A DNA stretch of 64,000 nucleotides, taken from positions 47,967 through 111,966 of the IMG/VR virus record IMGVR_UViG_3300021963_000051. One strand, 5' to 3'. The DNA comes from a virus. Of this stretch, positions 16,747 through 27,112 are shown piece after piece. The translations under genes and the position numbers were made by a program. The notes beneath the pieces are model-generated. The model ran no database searches and was not told where the DNA came from. It was given only the letters and a program-made list of their open reading frames with translations. The first letter of the stretch is position 1, and each line of letters starts with the position of its first letter.

Positions 16747-19710
16747 ATGGCAGTCGATAAAGATTTTAAAGTTAAAAATGGCCTTGTGGTAGTTACGACT
16801 GCTAGTTTGTTATCAGGAGTTGACTCGGCATCTACTAGTACAGGCGCTCTTCAGGTAGTAGGTGGTGCAGGAATAGGAAAAAATCTTTATGTAGGTTCTG
16901 CAGTATATATTGCCGGAAGCACTGCTCTTACCGCTGCTAATTTTACCACATTCGTTAATCAGACCTATATTTTTGCCGGTACTGACACCGCTGTAAATAC
17001 CAGTTCGGGTAATGTGACGATTTGGAGCACTTCAACATTACAAAGTATTACCAATAGAGGTGCTACAACTAATAATGCTATAAGCATCACCAACGCTACA
17101 AGTTCAACAACAACAGCAACAGGAGCCTTGATTATTACAGGTGGTCTTGGTGTTGGTAGAACTATAAATGCTTTGGAACACCATACTCCTACAGGACTAG
17201 CAAATAGACCAAGCTCAAATTATGATATAACCGGAAATTTAGGTCATTTTCAAAATGCTGTCAATATAGGTAGGGTAGGAGGAGGATCAATATCTTTTGG
17301 TGATGGCAATACACCTTCTATAATTCAAGGCTTTCCTGGTCTAGGGTTTATAAGAGCATATATTAACAATGATTCTACTAATAATCAACTATGGTATGGA
17401 AACAGTACAGGATTAGTTGTAGGTAATGGAACAAGTCCCGCGGCAAAATTAGATGTTGTTGGATCAGTAAGAATCAGCGGCATAACCACTATAACCAATA
17501 CAACAGCAGCATCGTCCACTCAGACTGGTGCTCTACAGGTCAGCGGTGGAGTTGGTATTGGTGGTAATACCTATGTAGGTGGCAATTTGAATGTAAGTGG
17601 TGAGATAGTCGCTACAAAATTAACAATAGAATTGACCACTGTTACTACTACATTAGTAACAACTGATGACATTATTCAAACCGCTAATACAACTAATTCT
17701 ACTGTGACAAATTTAGGTGCCCTTGTAGTAGCGGGCGGTGCGGGTATAGGAAAAAGACTAAGCGTAGGTGAAATTTTAAAGGTTTTTGATACCACTTCAG
17801 CTACCAGTAGTCTAACCGGTGCTCTTCAGATAGTAGGCGGTGCTGGTATTCAAGGCAGTTTATTCGTAGGCGGCAATCTCAATGTTGGTGGTACAATAAC
17901 CGGTAGCATATCGGGATCATCTAATACTGCTACTAATCTTGCTGGTGGCGTGTCTGGACAACTATTATATCAAGTAAATGTAGGACAAACTGGATTTGTT
18001 GCCACAGGTACTGATGGTACAGTTCTTGTTTCTAAAGGGTCCAGCCAACCAGTATATCAAAATACTCTTACTCTTGCCAGTTCATTGGCATCAAGTTCGA
18101 CTCAATCAGGAGCACTACAGGTCATAGGTGGAGTTGGTATAGGTGGAGACCTATTTGTATCAAGAGTGAGAATCACAGCGAATACCACAGCTTCATCTAC
18201 TAACAGCGGCGATCTTGTTGTAACTGGTGGAGTGGGAATCGGTCGTGATACATTTATAGGCGGGGCACTTACTGTAGGAGGAACAAGCGGAGGTATAATT
18301 ACCGGACTATCTGGACTTACAACTACCAACGCTGTAATTTCTGGAACAGCTACAGCGGTTTCGACTCAAAGCGGAGCACTTCAGGTAGTAGGTGGAGTAG
18401 GAATCGGGCGGGATTTATATGTTGGCGGAAATATAACCATTGCGGGCGCTATTCAAGGAACTTTGATCGCCGATCAAATCAAGACTCAAAGCGTTTCAGC
18501 CGCTGCTACTTACTATCCGGCTTTCGTTGACAGCAACAATGCCACAGTATCGACTGAAACAGTCTATACCACTAGCACTTTCAATGTAAACCCAGCAAGC
18601 GCATTGGTCACTGTGGGTAATCTTTCAGCTACAAATATAGCTACAATTTTGTCTACTCAAGCAGCCAGCTCAACAGCAACTGGTGCTTTACAGGTTAGGG
18701 GTGGAGCTGGTATCGGCGGTGAGCTTTATATAGGTAATAATTTATACCTTAATAAATCAATAGGGAATTCTATTGTTTTAATAAATTCTAACTCTGGTGG
18801 GAATCTAGGTAGTGAAGTTGTTTTTAAAAATGCTACTACTTTTAGTTCCTTAGGAGATCAAGGAATACTCGGTAGTTTAATTATTGCAGATTCAACAGAT
18901 ACCAGCAGAGGATCTATAAGATTTTCAAAAAATGGCAACGGTATTGATATTGGATTATGGTCAAGCGGATTTGCTACAACATCTACAGCAAATTTATTAA
19001 TAAGACCTACTCAATCTCAGTTTACAACAGAATTATTAATAACAAGTACTTCAAGTTCTGTATCTACCCAAACCGGAGCTCTTCAGGTCGTTGGCGGTGT
19101 AGGGATTGGCGGTAAACTATTTGCTAGAGGATTGGTAAATTCAACTGGTACGCAAATTGTATATTACAATAGTTCTACTGGTGAGTTGAGCTTCGGTGCT
19201 AATTTTGCTTCCGGTGGTGGAGGAATAACCAGTCCCTACGCTGGTATTTTTACTATAACAAATACTTCAAATGCTACTTCTATTGCCTCAGGAGCACTAC
19301 AAGTAGCAGGCGGTGTAGCTATTGGCCAAGATATATATCACAATGGAAGTGCTTACCTTTCACAAAACGTCTTCGGCGACGTGGTAAGATTCGGTAGCGG
19401 AATTAATGCAATTCTCTTTAATAATTCGAACCCGCCAAGTATTAGGCCTGGCGGCGCAGTGCCGTTTAATTTATATACAAGTAATCAAAACGGCGGACTA
19501 ACAGTATTATCAACAGGTGAAGTATTATTAAATTCCGCATCTGCGGCAAGTTCTACCTCTACAGGTGCGCTAAGAGTAAATGGGGGCGCAGGTATACACG
19601 GCAACATTTATGCTTCTGGTAGAATTTATTCAGGTGGGTTTGAAGTATCAACCGCCACCGGTGCCGGTGTATCAGAAGCTTTGGTTATTGCCTACTCTGT
19701 AGTGTTATAA
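16747..19710 (+). CDS. Long tail fibre-like protein
   Basis: N-terminal DKDFKVKNG; about ten GALQVxGGxGIG repeats. Confidence 0.75.
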   Translation: MAVDKDFKVKNGLVVVTTASLLSGVDSASTSTGALQVVGGAGIGKNLYVGSAVYIAGSTALTAANFTTFVNQTYIFAGTDTAVNTSSGNVTIWSTSTLQSITNRGATTNNAISITNATSSTTTATGALIITGGLGVGRTINALEHHTPTGLANRPSSNYDITGNLGHFQNAVNIGRVGGGSISFGDGNTPSIIQGFPGLGFIRAYINNDSTNNQLWYGNSTGLVVGNGTSPAAKLDVVGSVRISGITTITNTTAASSTQTGALQVSGGVGIGGNTYVGGNLNVSGEIVATKLTIELTTVTTTLVTTDDIIQTANTTNSTVTNLGALVVAGGAGIGKRLSVGEILKVFDTTSATSSLTGALQIVGGAGIQGSLFVGGNLNVGGTITGSISGSSNTATNLAGGVSGQLLYQVNVGQTGFVATGTDGTVLVSKGSSQPVYQNTLTLASSLASSSTQSGALQVIGGVGIGGDLFVSRVRITANTTASSTNSGDLVVTGGVGIGRDTFIGGALTVGGTSGGIITGLSGLTTTNAVISGTATAVSTQSGALQVVGGVGIGRDLYVGGNITIAGAIQGTLIADQIKTQSVSAAATYYPAFVDSNNATVSTETVYTTSTFNVNPASALVTVGNLSATNIATILSTQAASSTATGALQVRGGAGIGGELYIGNNLYLNKSIGNSIVLINSNSGGNLGSEVVFKNATTFSSLGDQGILGSLIIADSTDTSRGSIRFSKNGNGIDIGLWSSGFATTSTANLLIRPTQSQFTTELLITSTSSSVSTQTGALQVVGGVGIGGKLFARGLVNSTGTQIVYYNSSTGELSFGANFASGGGGITSPYAGIFTITNTSNATSIASGALQVAGGVAIGQDIYHNGSAYLSQNVFGDVVRFGSGINAILFNNSNPPSIRPGGAVPFNLYTSNQNGGLTVLSTGEVLLNSASAASSTSTGALRVNGGAGIHGNIYASGRIYSGGFEVSTATGAGVSEALVIAYSVVL

Positions 19711-19735
19711 ATAGATAATAACGGAATGTTCAAAT

Positions 19736-22700
19736 ATGGCAAAGAAACAGATTATTGATTATACATTTTTACCTGCATTTGCACCGAGTGCTAATGCCTA
19801 TCCTAACGCCTACAATAGATTAGTCAATAATAAAAATTATATAACCAAAATGGCCAGTGCCTTTATTGCCAATCAAGTTGCTAACAATACTGCCCCATTT
19901 GTAAATTTTACCTATAACGCAGAAAAGTGTGAACGAGATGTAGGTTATGTATTAGATGCCATAATAAATGATTTGAGATATGGTGGGGATGCAGATACCG
20001 TATTGGTAGGAAGTTTTTACTGGTTTGAAGGTATTCCTCAGGTCGACGGTGATAGGCAACCAGAAGTTGTTACGCAAAATTATATAAGAGATTTAATCAA
20101 CAATTATATTTTTACAGGGACAGCAGCAAGTCCGGCTTACCAAACAGTTGTACCGCAGAGCACAACTGGTTCGAATGCCGAGGCTGGTGCTAGTGGCAGA
20201 ATAACAACTCTGTATGCTACTCTCACAAACATTATTTCAACAGGTGTAGTACCAGCAGCTACAGCCAATCCTAATTACAAAGGCACTGTTGAAATATTAG
20301 GAAATATACCTATAAAAGAACTGCTGCTGATTATTAATGTAACAAGAAACATTATTATCTATAACTTTGCAGACACCACTAAAGGTGGTCAATCCATCTA
20401 TAACTTTAACACAAAACGCACAAGATATAGATTAGATTTTGATACTTCATCAATGATAGCCACTGACAAGCTGATCATTTATGTAGAGCGAGACAACGAA
20501 ACAATTAAACCACATCCTACCTATCAAGATCCTGTTGAAAAGATGCGTGTATCAACACCGCAGGCATTGATGGATACCGACTTTGAGTATAGTCTACAAG
20601 GTACAAAGTGGGAAACTCTTACATTAATGAGCAATGTGCCCAGTGTATATAGTAAAGCCAATGAGCCTTCTTTTACAGCGCAACAGATTAACTCAATACT
20701 TCCTGTTCCTGGTGGTGGTCCTGCTGCGGCAGTAAGTTATATAACATATGCTCCAAACGGGACCACAGGCCTTACTTTGTTACGAAACGGTGCTTACTAC
20801 GCTGATGATTATAACGAACCATTAAATTTTCCTTGGACAGTACAATTCTTAGGTGATAATTATAGTTTAGCCTATTTCGGCAGTAATGGATATTTTACAT
20901 TTGGATCAGGTTCTAATCAATATAGCGGCTATAATCAATTTGCACCACCAAGGGGTATTGGTTACGCCCCTGCGGATAGAACACTTTGGCAATTTTGGTA
21001 CGGACTTGTAAACTCCAATTTATTCATTGTTAAAATCAGTGGAGGTAATTGTTGTAGCGGCCCGCAAGTGTATGATACCGAAATGCACTTTAACAGACTA
21101 ACACCTAGTATAATTGATATTCATATGGTATATAAGAATACAGGTGATAGTGTAAGTCCTTGGGTTAAGACTGATAGTGCTTATCTTTTTCAAGGTGGCT
21201 TGGCTACTGGACAAGCCTGGCGTGTGGTCACGGGTGCAGGAACTTCTAGAGATGTAACATTAAATGTTAATACCACTCCCCCGACACCATTCTATGTAGG
21301 ACAACCTATAATTTTTAAAGAGACCCAAAATTTATATCTTGACGGATCATATCTAGTCAAAACAGTAGTGAGCAATACACAGGTTACTATAGGTACAGGT
21401 AAGGCTTTGACAGCAGGATTTGATTATAAATCAAACTATACCACTGTGTATACGGGCGGATTTTTTACAGGTGCTGAGCTACCTCTTAATTTTGTTCAAA
21501 CCATTTCAGGTACGCTTAATGCAGACATTTTCTTTAACAGTCCTCACGCACTATATCCTGGACAAACAATCTATGTAGTAGATAGTACTCAAAACAACGC
21601 AGATTGGGTAGGATCTTTCCAAATTTTTCAAGTTGTAAGCTCTACACAGGTAAGGTTTATCACCGCGAGATTAACTAATTGGCCATCAACAGCCACAGTA
21701 AGCGGTGCCAATACTAGAGTGTATGTTAGACCTACAGGGGTTGCCAACCATAGGTTTGCCGATGGTGGAGTATCTATTAGTCCAGGTGGCTCTGCGCCTA
21801 ATACACAGATAATTAGACAGACTAGAAAATATTTTAGATATCAATCTGGTAAAGGTATTCAATTTTCCACTGGCGTATTATTTTTACCAACCTATGATAT
21901 TAATTCAGTAAGTGTGACGACCAATGTGTACAGTGTTTCTAATCCCTTTTATGATCTAAATATTTTATGCGATCAAGAGCATGGCTTCGCACAGCCTGAT
22001 AGTTTTAGACAAGGTGCTTACATTTTATTATCCGGATTTACTGTAAGCACTGGCCCAAACTTCTATAATGGACTATATTATGTAAGTGGTATTGCCAGTG
22101 AACGACAATTTACAGTTAAAATAAATCCTGCAATCACAGATTTGAATCCCGGTGGTATTGCTAAGGTCAGTGTTGTCAGCTGGTATGATTGTACTATTCG
22201 TGATGGATTGTTTGATGATCAAAATGGAATTTTCTTTGAGCACGACGGACAACAATTAGCCGTCGTCAAAAGAGCAAGTACTCAGCAGCTAACTGGCACA
22301 GTAAATGTAACAAATAACAGTTCTACAATTACAGGAAACGGTACTAAATTTCTAACTCAACTGAGTGTAGGCAATTACATAGTAATAAAAGGAATGAGTT
22401 ATTTGATTACCAGCAAACCTTCAAATACATCTGCTACGATTGCCCCTGATTTTAGAGGAATAACTGAGTCAAATTTAAGAATATTAAAAACCATAGATGA
22501 TAGAACACTTCAATCTAACTTCAATTTAGATCGTATGGATGGAACAGGTCCTAGTGGTTATGTTTTTGATAAAAATAAAATGCAGATGGTGTTTATAGAT
22601 TATAGTTGGTACGGAGCCGGTAAGATTCGTTGGGGTATGAGGGGACTAGATGGTAGTATCCTATACTGTCACGAAGCTCCTCAAAATAATAGAAATACAG

Positions 22701-23611
22701 AAGCATACATGCGTTCAGGTAATTTACCTGGACGCTTTGAAATTAATACCACAGCCAAAATTGGGTTGTTAACTAGTAACTTAACTACAGTATCTACTTC
22801 ATTTACTATGGGTGCGGCAGATGCTACACAATTTCCACTAACCGGAAGAGTAGTAATTAACTATGAAGTTATTCGCTACACTAAAGGAAATACAAACTCT
22901 GGACAAACTACATTCAATATTAATCTAAGAAATGAATATGGACTTGCCTCCAACGCTACAGGTACAGCGGGTATTGACAGTGTTATTAGTTTTAATCAAA
23001 ATTGCGGGCCTTCATTGAGTCATTGGGGTGTTAGCGTTATGATGGACGGTATGTTTGACAGTGATAAATCATATCTATTCACCGCTCCTACTAATAATGT
23101 TATTAGCATTCCGTCTAGTACTGAATTACCTTTGGTTAGTATTAGATTAGCACCTAGCGTTGATAATGGGATAGGTAGAGAATTTGGTGTCAGAAATTTA
23201 ATTAATAGATCTGCTATCATTTTAAGATCAATTGGTGTAGGATGTAACGGGCAGTTTATTTTAAGTGTTAGAATTAATTCAGAATCTACATTATTCAGCA
23301 CCCAGGCAAACTGGCGAGTTGTTGCCAATGGAAGTATCAGTCAATATCTAGATCATAGTATTACAGGCACATCCCCCGTGCCAACAGCAGGTGATACTGT
23401 ATTTTCATTTTTAGCTGAAGCAGGTAGCGGTGGGGCCCAGGCAGTAACAACTGTAAATATTGACGAAATCAGAGAATTGGGCAATAGTACAATCGGTGGG
23501 CAAAATGTATATCCAGATGGTCCTGATGTTCTAACCCTATTTGCTAGAAATCTAGGCGGAGCTTCTGCTAACATTAGAGGGCGCATTTCTTGGACAGAAT
23601 CACAAGGGTAA
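19736..23611 (+). CDS. Large virion/receptor-binding-type protein with an N-terminal CxRD globin-like domain
   Basis: KCERDVGYVLDAIINDLRYGG near N-terminus; RVSTPQALMDTDFEY, RQTRKYFRYQSGKG, YSWYGAG motifs; ends the fibre cluster. Confidence 0.65.
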   Translation: MAKKQIIDYTFLPAFAPSANAYPNAYNRLVNNKNYITKMASAFIANQVANNTAPFVNFTYNAEKCERDVGYVLDAIINDLRYGGDADTVLVGSFYWFEGIPQVDGDRQPEVVTQNYIRDLINNYIFTGTAASPAYQTVVPQSTTGSNAEAGASGRITTLYATLTNIISTGVVPAATANPNYKGTVEILGNIPIKELLLIINVTRNIIIYNFADTTKGGQSIYNFNTKRTRYRLDFDTSSMIATDKLIIYVERDNETIKPHPTYQDPVEKMRVSTPQALMDTDFEYSLQGTKWETLTLMSNVPSVYSKANEPSFTAQQINSILPVPGGGPAAAVSYITYAPNGTTGLTLLRNGAYYADDYNEPLNFPWTVQFLGDNYSLAYFGSNGYFTFGSGSNQYSGYNQFAPPRGIGYAPADRTLWQFWYGLVNSNLFIVKISGGNCCSGPQVYDTEMHFNRLTPSIIDIHMVYKNTGDSVSPWVKTDSAYLFQGGLATGQAWRVVTGAGTSRDVTLNVNTTPPTPFYVGQPIIFKETQNLYLDGSYLVKTVVSNTQVTIGTGKALTAGFDYKSNYTTVYTGGFFTGAELPLNFVQTISGTLNADIFFNSPHALYPGQTIYVVDSTQNNADWVGSFQIFQVVSSTQVRFITARLTNWPSTATVSGANTRVYVRPTGVANHRFADGGVSISPGGSAPNTQIIRQTRKYFRYQSGKGIQFSTGVLFLPTYDINSVSVTTNVYSVSNPFYDLNILCDQEHGFAQPDSFRQGAYILLSGFTVSTGPNFYNGLYYVSGIASERQFTVKINPAITDLNPGGIAKVSVVSWYDCTIRDGLFDDQNGIFFEHDGQQLAVVKRASTQQLTGTVNVTNNSSTITGNGTKFLTQLSVGNYIVIKGMSYLITSKPSNTSATIAPDFRGITESNLRILKTIDDRTLQSNFNLDRMDGTGPSGYVFDKNKMQMVFIDYSWYGAGKIRWGMRGLDGSILYCHEAPQNNRNTEAYMRSGNLPGRFEINTTAKIGLLTSNLTTVSTSFTMGAADATQFPLTGRVVINYEVIRYTKGNTNSGQTTFNINLRNEYGLASNATGTAGIDSVISFNQNCGPSLSHWGVSVMMDGMFDSDKSYLFTAPTNNVISIPSSTELPLVSIRLAPSVDNGIGREFGVRNLINRSAIILRSIGVGCNGQFILSVRINSESTLFSTQANWRVVANGSISQYLDHSITGTSPVPTAGDTVFSFLAEAGSGGAQAVTTVNIDEIRELGNSTIGGQNVYPDGPDVLTLFARNLGGASANIRGRISWTESQG

Positions 23612-23614
23612 AGA

Positions 23615-23869
23615 ATGGTAAAATATTTCTATATTGATAAAAATTATCACGATTTGGTCAGAAGCGCAGCCGTACCAATGACTAAAGATAGTTCAGGGGT
23701 CGGTGAATCTCTATTTAAAATTATGAGAGAACTTGCCTATGAATATGAAAGTAAAACTAGACAAAGAATAGACTATGAAATTACAGACGAAGAATTATTA
23801 GAAGTACAACAGAAATTTCTGCTAGCGAGAGATAATTTTGTCAAATGGATAGACTCACAACCAAAATAA
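23615..23869 (+). CDS. Hypothetical protein
   Basis: 84-aa ORF coupled to the upstream gene. Confidence 0.5.
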   Translation: MVKYFYIDKNYHDLVRSAAVPMTKDSSGVGESLFKIMRELAYEYESKTRQRIDYEITDEELLEVQQKFLLARDNFVKWIDSQPK

Positions 23870-23941
23870 TTATGTTAAAGTTCTTTTTTTATTCTAGTCT
23901 ATTATATGCTCATATAAATACACTTGCTCTAAGGTGGTAAT

Positions 23942-24166
23942 ATGGCCTTTATAACCCCAGCCACAGGACAAGCGATTACATTTGGTAAGGTGAATAAAGC
24001 CTTTACGAATAATTATCCTAATACTGGTGGTAATGCTCCTAGCGGAGGTAAAAATATTAAACTTAGTGCAGTTTTGGGAACATTTGTTAGTATATCAACA
24101 GGAACACAAATTAGATTTAGTCAACAACTAGGCGGTAGACCTACACCATACGATTACGATACTTAA
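23942..24166 (+). CDS. Hypothetical small protein
   Basis: 74 aa; TAAATA promoter and AAGGTGG SD upstream. Confidence 0.55.
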   Translation: MAFITPATGQAITFGKVNKAFTNNYPNTGGNAPSGGKNIKLSAVLGTFVSISTGTQIRFSQQLGGRPTPYDYDT

Positions 24167-24171
24167 AAAAA

Positions 24172-24642
24172 ATGAAATATGACCAAATAGAAAAGCTACT
24201 TAAAACAGCGCATATAGGACCTAGTAAATGGGAATTAGACACTATAATCTATCATGACAGAACAACTAATCCATCAACCCTAATAAGTTTTTTCAATAGA
24301 ATAATAAATCTAAAAAGCGTCCAAAATCCTAGCGCTTTAGAAACCGCTGAATTGAAAAAATTATTAGAACTACTAGCAGATCTTGATCAAAAAGAATGTA
24401 ATGAACTTTTATCAAATTCAGATAATGATGCAAAAGATCATTTCATAGAATCTCTAGCTAGAAACAGCGCCATTGAAATATTGACCAAAGGAAGATTGGA
24501 TAAAGAAACAATGGAAACCGCTTGCAAACTGAGTCCCAGCGACTTTATACTTTGTGCCAAAAGAACACAAGATTTGATCAATGCCATACAGGGTCTTGTA
24601 ATCAAAGGCGAAAATCTTAGCAACGATGTGGCCGGAGCATGA
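24172..24642 (+). CDS. Hypothetical protein
   Basis: 156-aa helical ORF in operon. Confidence 0.55.
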   Translation: MKYDQIEKLLKTAHIGPSKWELDTIIYHDRTTNPSTLISFFNRIINLKSVQNPSALETAELKKLLELLADLDQKECNELLSNSDNDAKDHFIESLARNSAIEILTKGRLDKETMETACKLSPSDFILCAKRTQDLINAIQGLVIKGENLSNDVAGA

Positions 24643-25304
24643 AAAAGAAAACCAGTGTTTTTAGTTCTTCAAAGTGGTCATCAAAAAAAGGTAAATTAGC
24701 AGTCTGTATTCCAACTAGGGATGTTCTTCATTCGGCTCATGCTTTATGTCTAACAGAAATGATTAAATTCAATACAATGAACGATATAGATACGCATGTG
24801 TTTATGGATGCTAGTACAATTTTACTAACTCAGAGAGAACGATTGGCCACTGAAGCACTAGAGTTGGGAGCTGAATATACACTTTGGCTAGATAGTGATA
24901 TTACATTTCCAGCAACTACTGCTATTAGATTACTAGCACACAATGAAGATATAGTAGCTTGTAACTATATTAGAAGACAATTGCCCCCAAAAGGTGTTGC
25001 CTATGAAGTCATAGGAGATTGGCAAAATCCGTTGTCTTGGGATATGTATGATGAACTCGTTGAAGTTCAAGGTGTAGGAATGGGTTGTATGTTGATGAAA
25101 ACAGAAATATTTTCAAAATTACCTAAACCTTGGTTTGAATTTGGTTGGAATCCCGGCAATAATGATCATTTAGGTGAAGATATGATCCTGTGTCAAAAAA
25201 TGGCAGCAAAGGGATATACTATAAAAATTGATACGGTTCTCAGTCACGATCTTAGACATTTAGGAACCTGGGCTTTCGGACCAGAATTATTAGATCATTT
25301 CTAA
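24639..25304 (+). CDS. GT-A fold glycosyltransferase (family 2-like)
   Basis: AVCIPT, WLDSD (DxD), GMGCMLM, GEDMILC motifs; ATGA overlap with upstream gene. Confidence 0.8.
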   Translation: MKKKTSVFSSSKWSSKKGKLAVCIPTRDVLHSAHALCLTEMIKFNTMNDIDTHVFMDASTILLTQRERLATEALELGAEYTLWLDSDITFPATTAIRLLAHNEDIVACNYIRRQLPPKGVAYEVIGDWQNPLSWDMYDELVEVQGVGMGCMLMKTEIFSKLPKPWFEFGWNPGNNDHLGEDMILCQKMAAKGYTIKIDTVLSHDLRHLGTWAFGPELLDHF

Positions 25305-25715
25305 TAATATATCTAACTTTGCCCGAATAATTTTATTATTAAAACTAGACGATACTCTTTTATGTAGTGGCCTAGGCCATTTATTGTAATCACACCATGC
25401 ATAGGCAGAATGTTCAGAATTTAGTTTTGGAATAAATTCACCTTCAACAAGTATTACAAATGTATTATATTGAAAATGTAGATCGTCACTAAGATAAAGC
25501 TCAAGCGGTATTATTTTTTTAATAGGCGGCACTATTCCTAGTTCTTCTTCTATTTCTCTAGTTAAAATATCAAAGCTTGTTATATCGGCAGGCTCTTTTC
25601 TACCTCCCACAAAACCCCAAGTACCGGCAGTTTTTCCATTATTTCTCAATAAAAATAAAAAGCGTTTTGTTTCTACTGATAATATTAGACCTCCACTACA
25701 AATAATTTCATTCAC
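25290..25715 (-). CDS. NUDIX hydrolase
   Basis: Nudix box GGRKE...REIEEELG; probable GTG start at 25715 overlapping upstream TGA. Confidence 0.85.
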   Translation of the reverse strand: MNEIICSGGLILSVETKRFLFLLRNNGKTAGTWGFVGGRKEPADITSFDILTREIEEELGIVPPIKKIIPLELYLSDDLHFQYNTFVILVEGEFIPKLNSEHSAYAWCDYNKWPRPLHKRVSSSFNNKIIRAKLDILLEMI

Positions 25716-27112
25716 AGGATGAGACGCCAAAGTTTTTTATCATAAATTCCTTCAAAACTTTTAAACCAATCATTATCTGAGAACTGATATTGTACATTAG
25801 TATAAACATTGGTTATGTAAATTGTACTAGTAGGCAGAGTAGAGTCAAAGATTTTCACCCAATTAGTCCCATTCCATTCTATAATATCGTTGGCCTTGGC
25901 TTGGAAGTCAGAATTGTCACTGTTTTTCCAAGCAACTGGTCCAGAATATCCAGGATCTCCAAAATTAGAATTATCGTTTAGGCCTTCTACAAGTAGATAT
26001 CTAGTGCCAGCATTGAGGCTAGCCGGCCTAAAGGTTATGGGATTTACAATGGCATCAACTGTGCCTCTACCTTGAATTATAGTGTTTGTAGGAACAGTAT
26101 CGTTATCAATATTTAGTATCATTTCCTTTTCATTAATAGCATTTAAGCTGAGTCTGGCTATTATCTCTGTTTGTCCTTCCCTAGAAAATCTTAATTGACT
26201 TATGCCTACTCTAAACTTTCCAGGATAAAGATCTAATATTTTTAACCACGAATGAGAATTTCTGGGATCTGTGATATCTATATCGTCGCCTTGATAATTT
26301 GAATAAACTAGTCTGGCTGTGCCATTTAAAATAAGTAGATCAAAATCACCGGGAGTAATTGTTATATTTTCATCAGGAGTTACTTCATTAAAAATGTTTG
26401 ACGCATTATCTATACGATAATCATTTTTTATCATACCTTCTGTATTACTTGAAAATATATTACTAATAATTTTTGTAACTATGCCTAATTTTTTAACCTT
26501 AGCAGGAGGCGTAATCCATATAGGTGCAGAAAAAGTCAGTGTTTGAATATCGATATCTTCATTTAAACCTTGAGGAATCGCTCTAGAAGTAAAAACTTGA
26601 GTTTCTAAAGTTAATGTACTTAGACTGGTCCAGTCTATATAATTGTCTGTAGTTTGTATTTCAAAACTAGGATTAAAGAATACAACGATTTGTTCCCATA
26701 TCTGTAATTTTTGATCTATACTAGTACTCCATATATCTGCATTCAGTGTAAGCAAATATGGACTAGGCATAATTCTTTCCACGGTGTAGTTGTTGCCTTG
26801 ATTATTTAGGTACTGACCTGTTAAATCGTTTATGTCTCTTTCTCTAATGTTTATCTTACTAACAAAGGTGGGATCCTGTAGTCTAGGTCTATCAAATTGT
26901 AAATCCTTAATATAACAGGCAATAAAGGGAGCCGATGGTACTGAATTCTCACTGTTCTTTCTCAATACCTGTGCTACCTGCCTACTCATATCGCCATATC
27001 TTACCGGTACTGTAACAAGATTTCCTCTATTATCCTTATAACTAAAATTGCTGAGGATGTTGATAAATTGAGCAAGATATCTTCTAACTTGACCGTCGTA
27101 AAAATAATCCAT
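25712..27112 (-). CDS. Tail sheath stabiliser/tail terminator (gp15-like) with C-terminal extension
   Basis: YFYDGQVRRY, VPVRYG, PYLLT...QIWEQIVVFFNP motifs. Confidence 0.75.
   Translation of the reverse strand: MDYFYDGQVRRYLAQFINILSNFSYKDNRGNLVTVPVRYGDMSRQVAQVLRKNSENSVPSAPFIACYIKDLQFDRPRLQDPTFVSKINIRERDINDLTGQYLNNQGNNYTVERIMPSPYLLTLNADIWSTSIDQKLQIWEQIVVFFNPSFEIQTTDNYIDWTSLSTLTLETQVFTSRAIPQGLNEDIDIQTLTFSAPIWITPPAKVKKLGIVTKIISNIFSSNTEGMIKNDYRIDNASNIFNEVTPDENITITPGDFDLLILNGTARLVYSNYQGDDIDITDPRNSHSWLKILDLYPGKFRVGISQLRFSREGQTEIIARLSLNAINEKEMILNIDNDTVPTNTIIQGRGTVDAIVNPITFRPASLNAGTRYLLVEGLNDNSNFGDPGYSGPVAWKNSDNSDFQAKANDIIEWNGTNWVKIFDSTLPTSTIYITNVYTNVQYQFSDNDWFKSFEGIYDKKLWRLIL

Noticed and set aside
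13067-19710. CRISPR array or DGR template/variable repeats among fibre repeats
   Set aside because: Repeats are protein-level and diverged at synonymous sites; no identical spaced repeats, adenine-specific pair or reverse transcriptase seen
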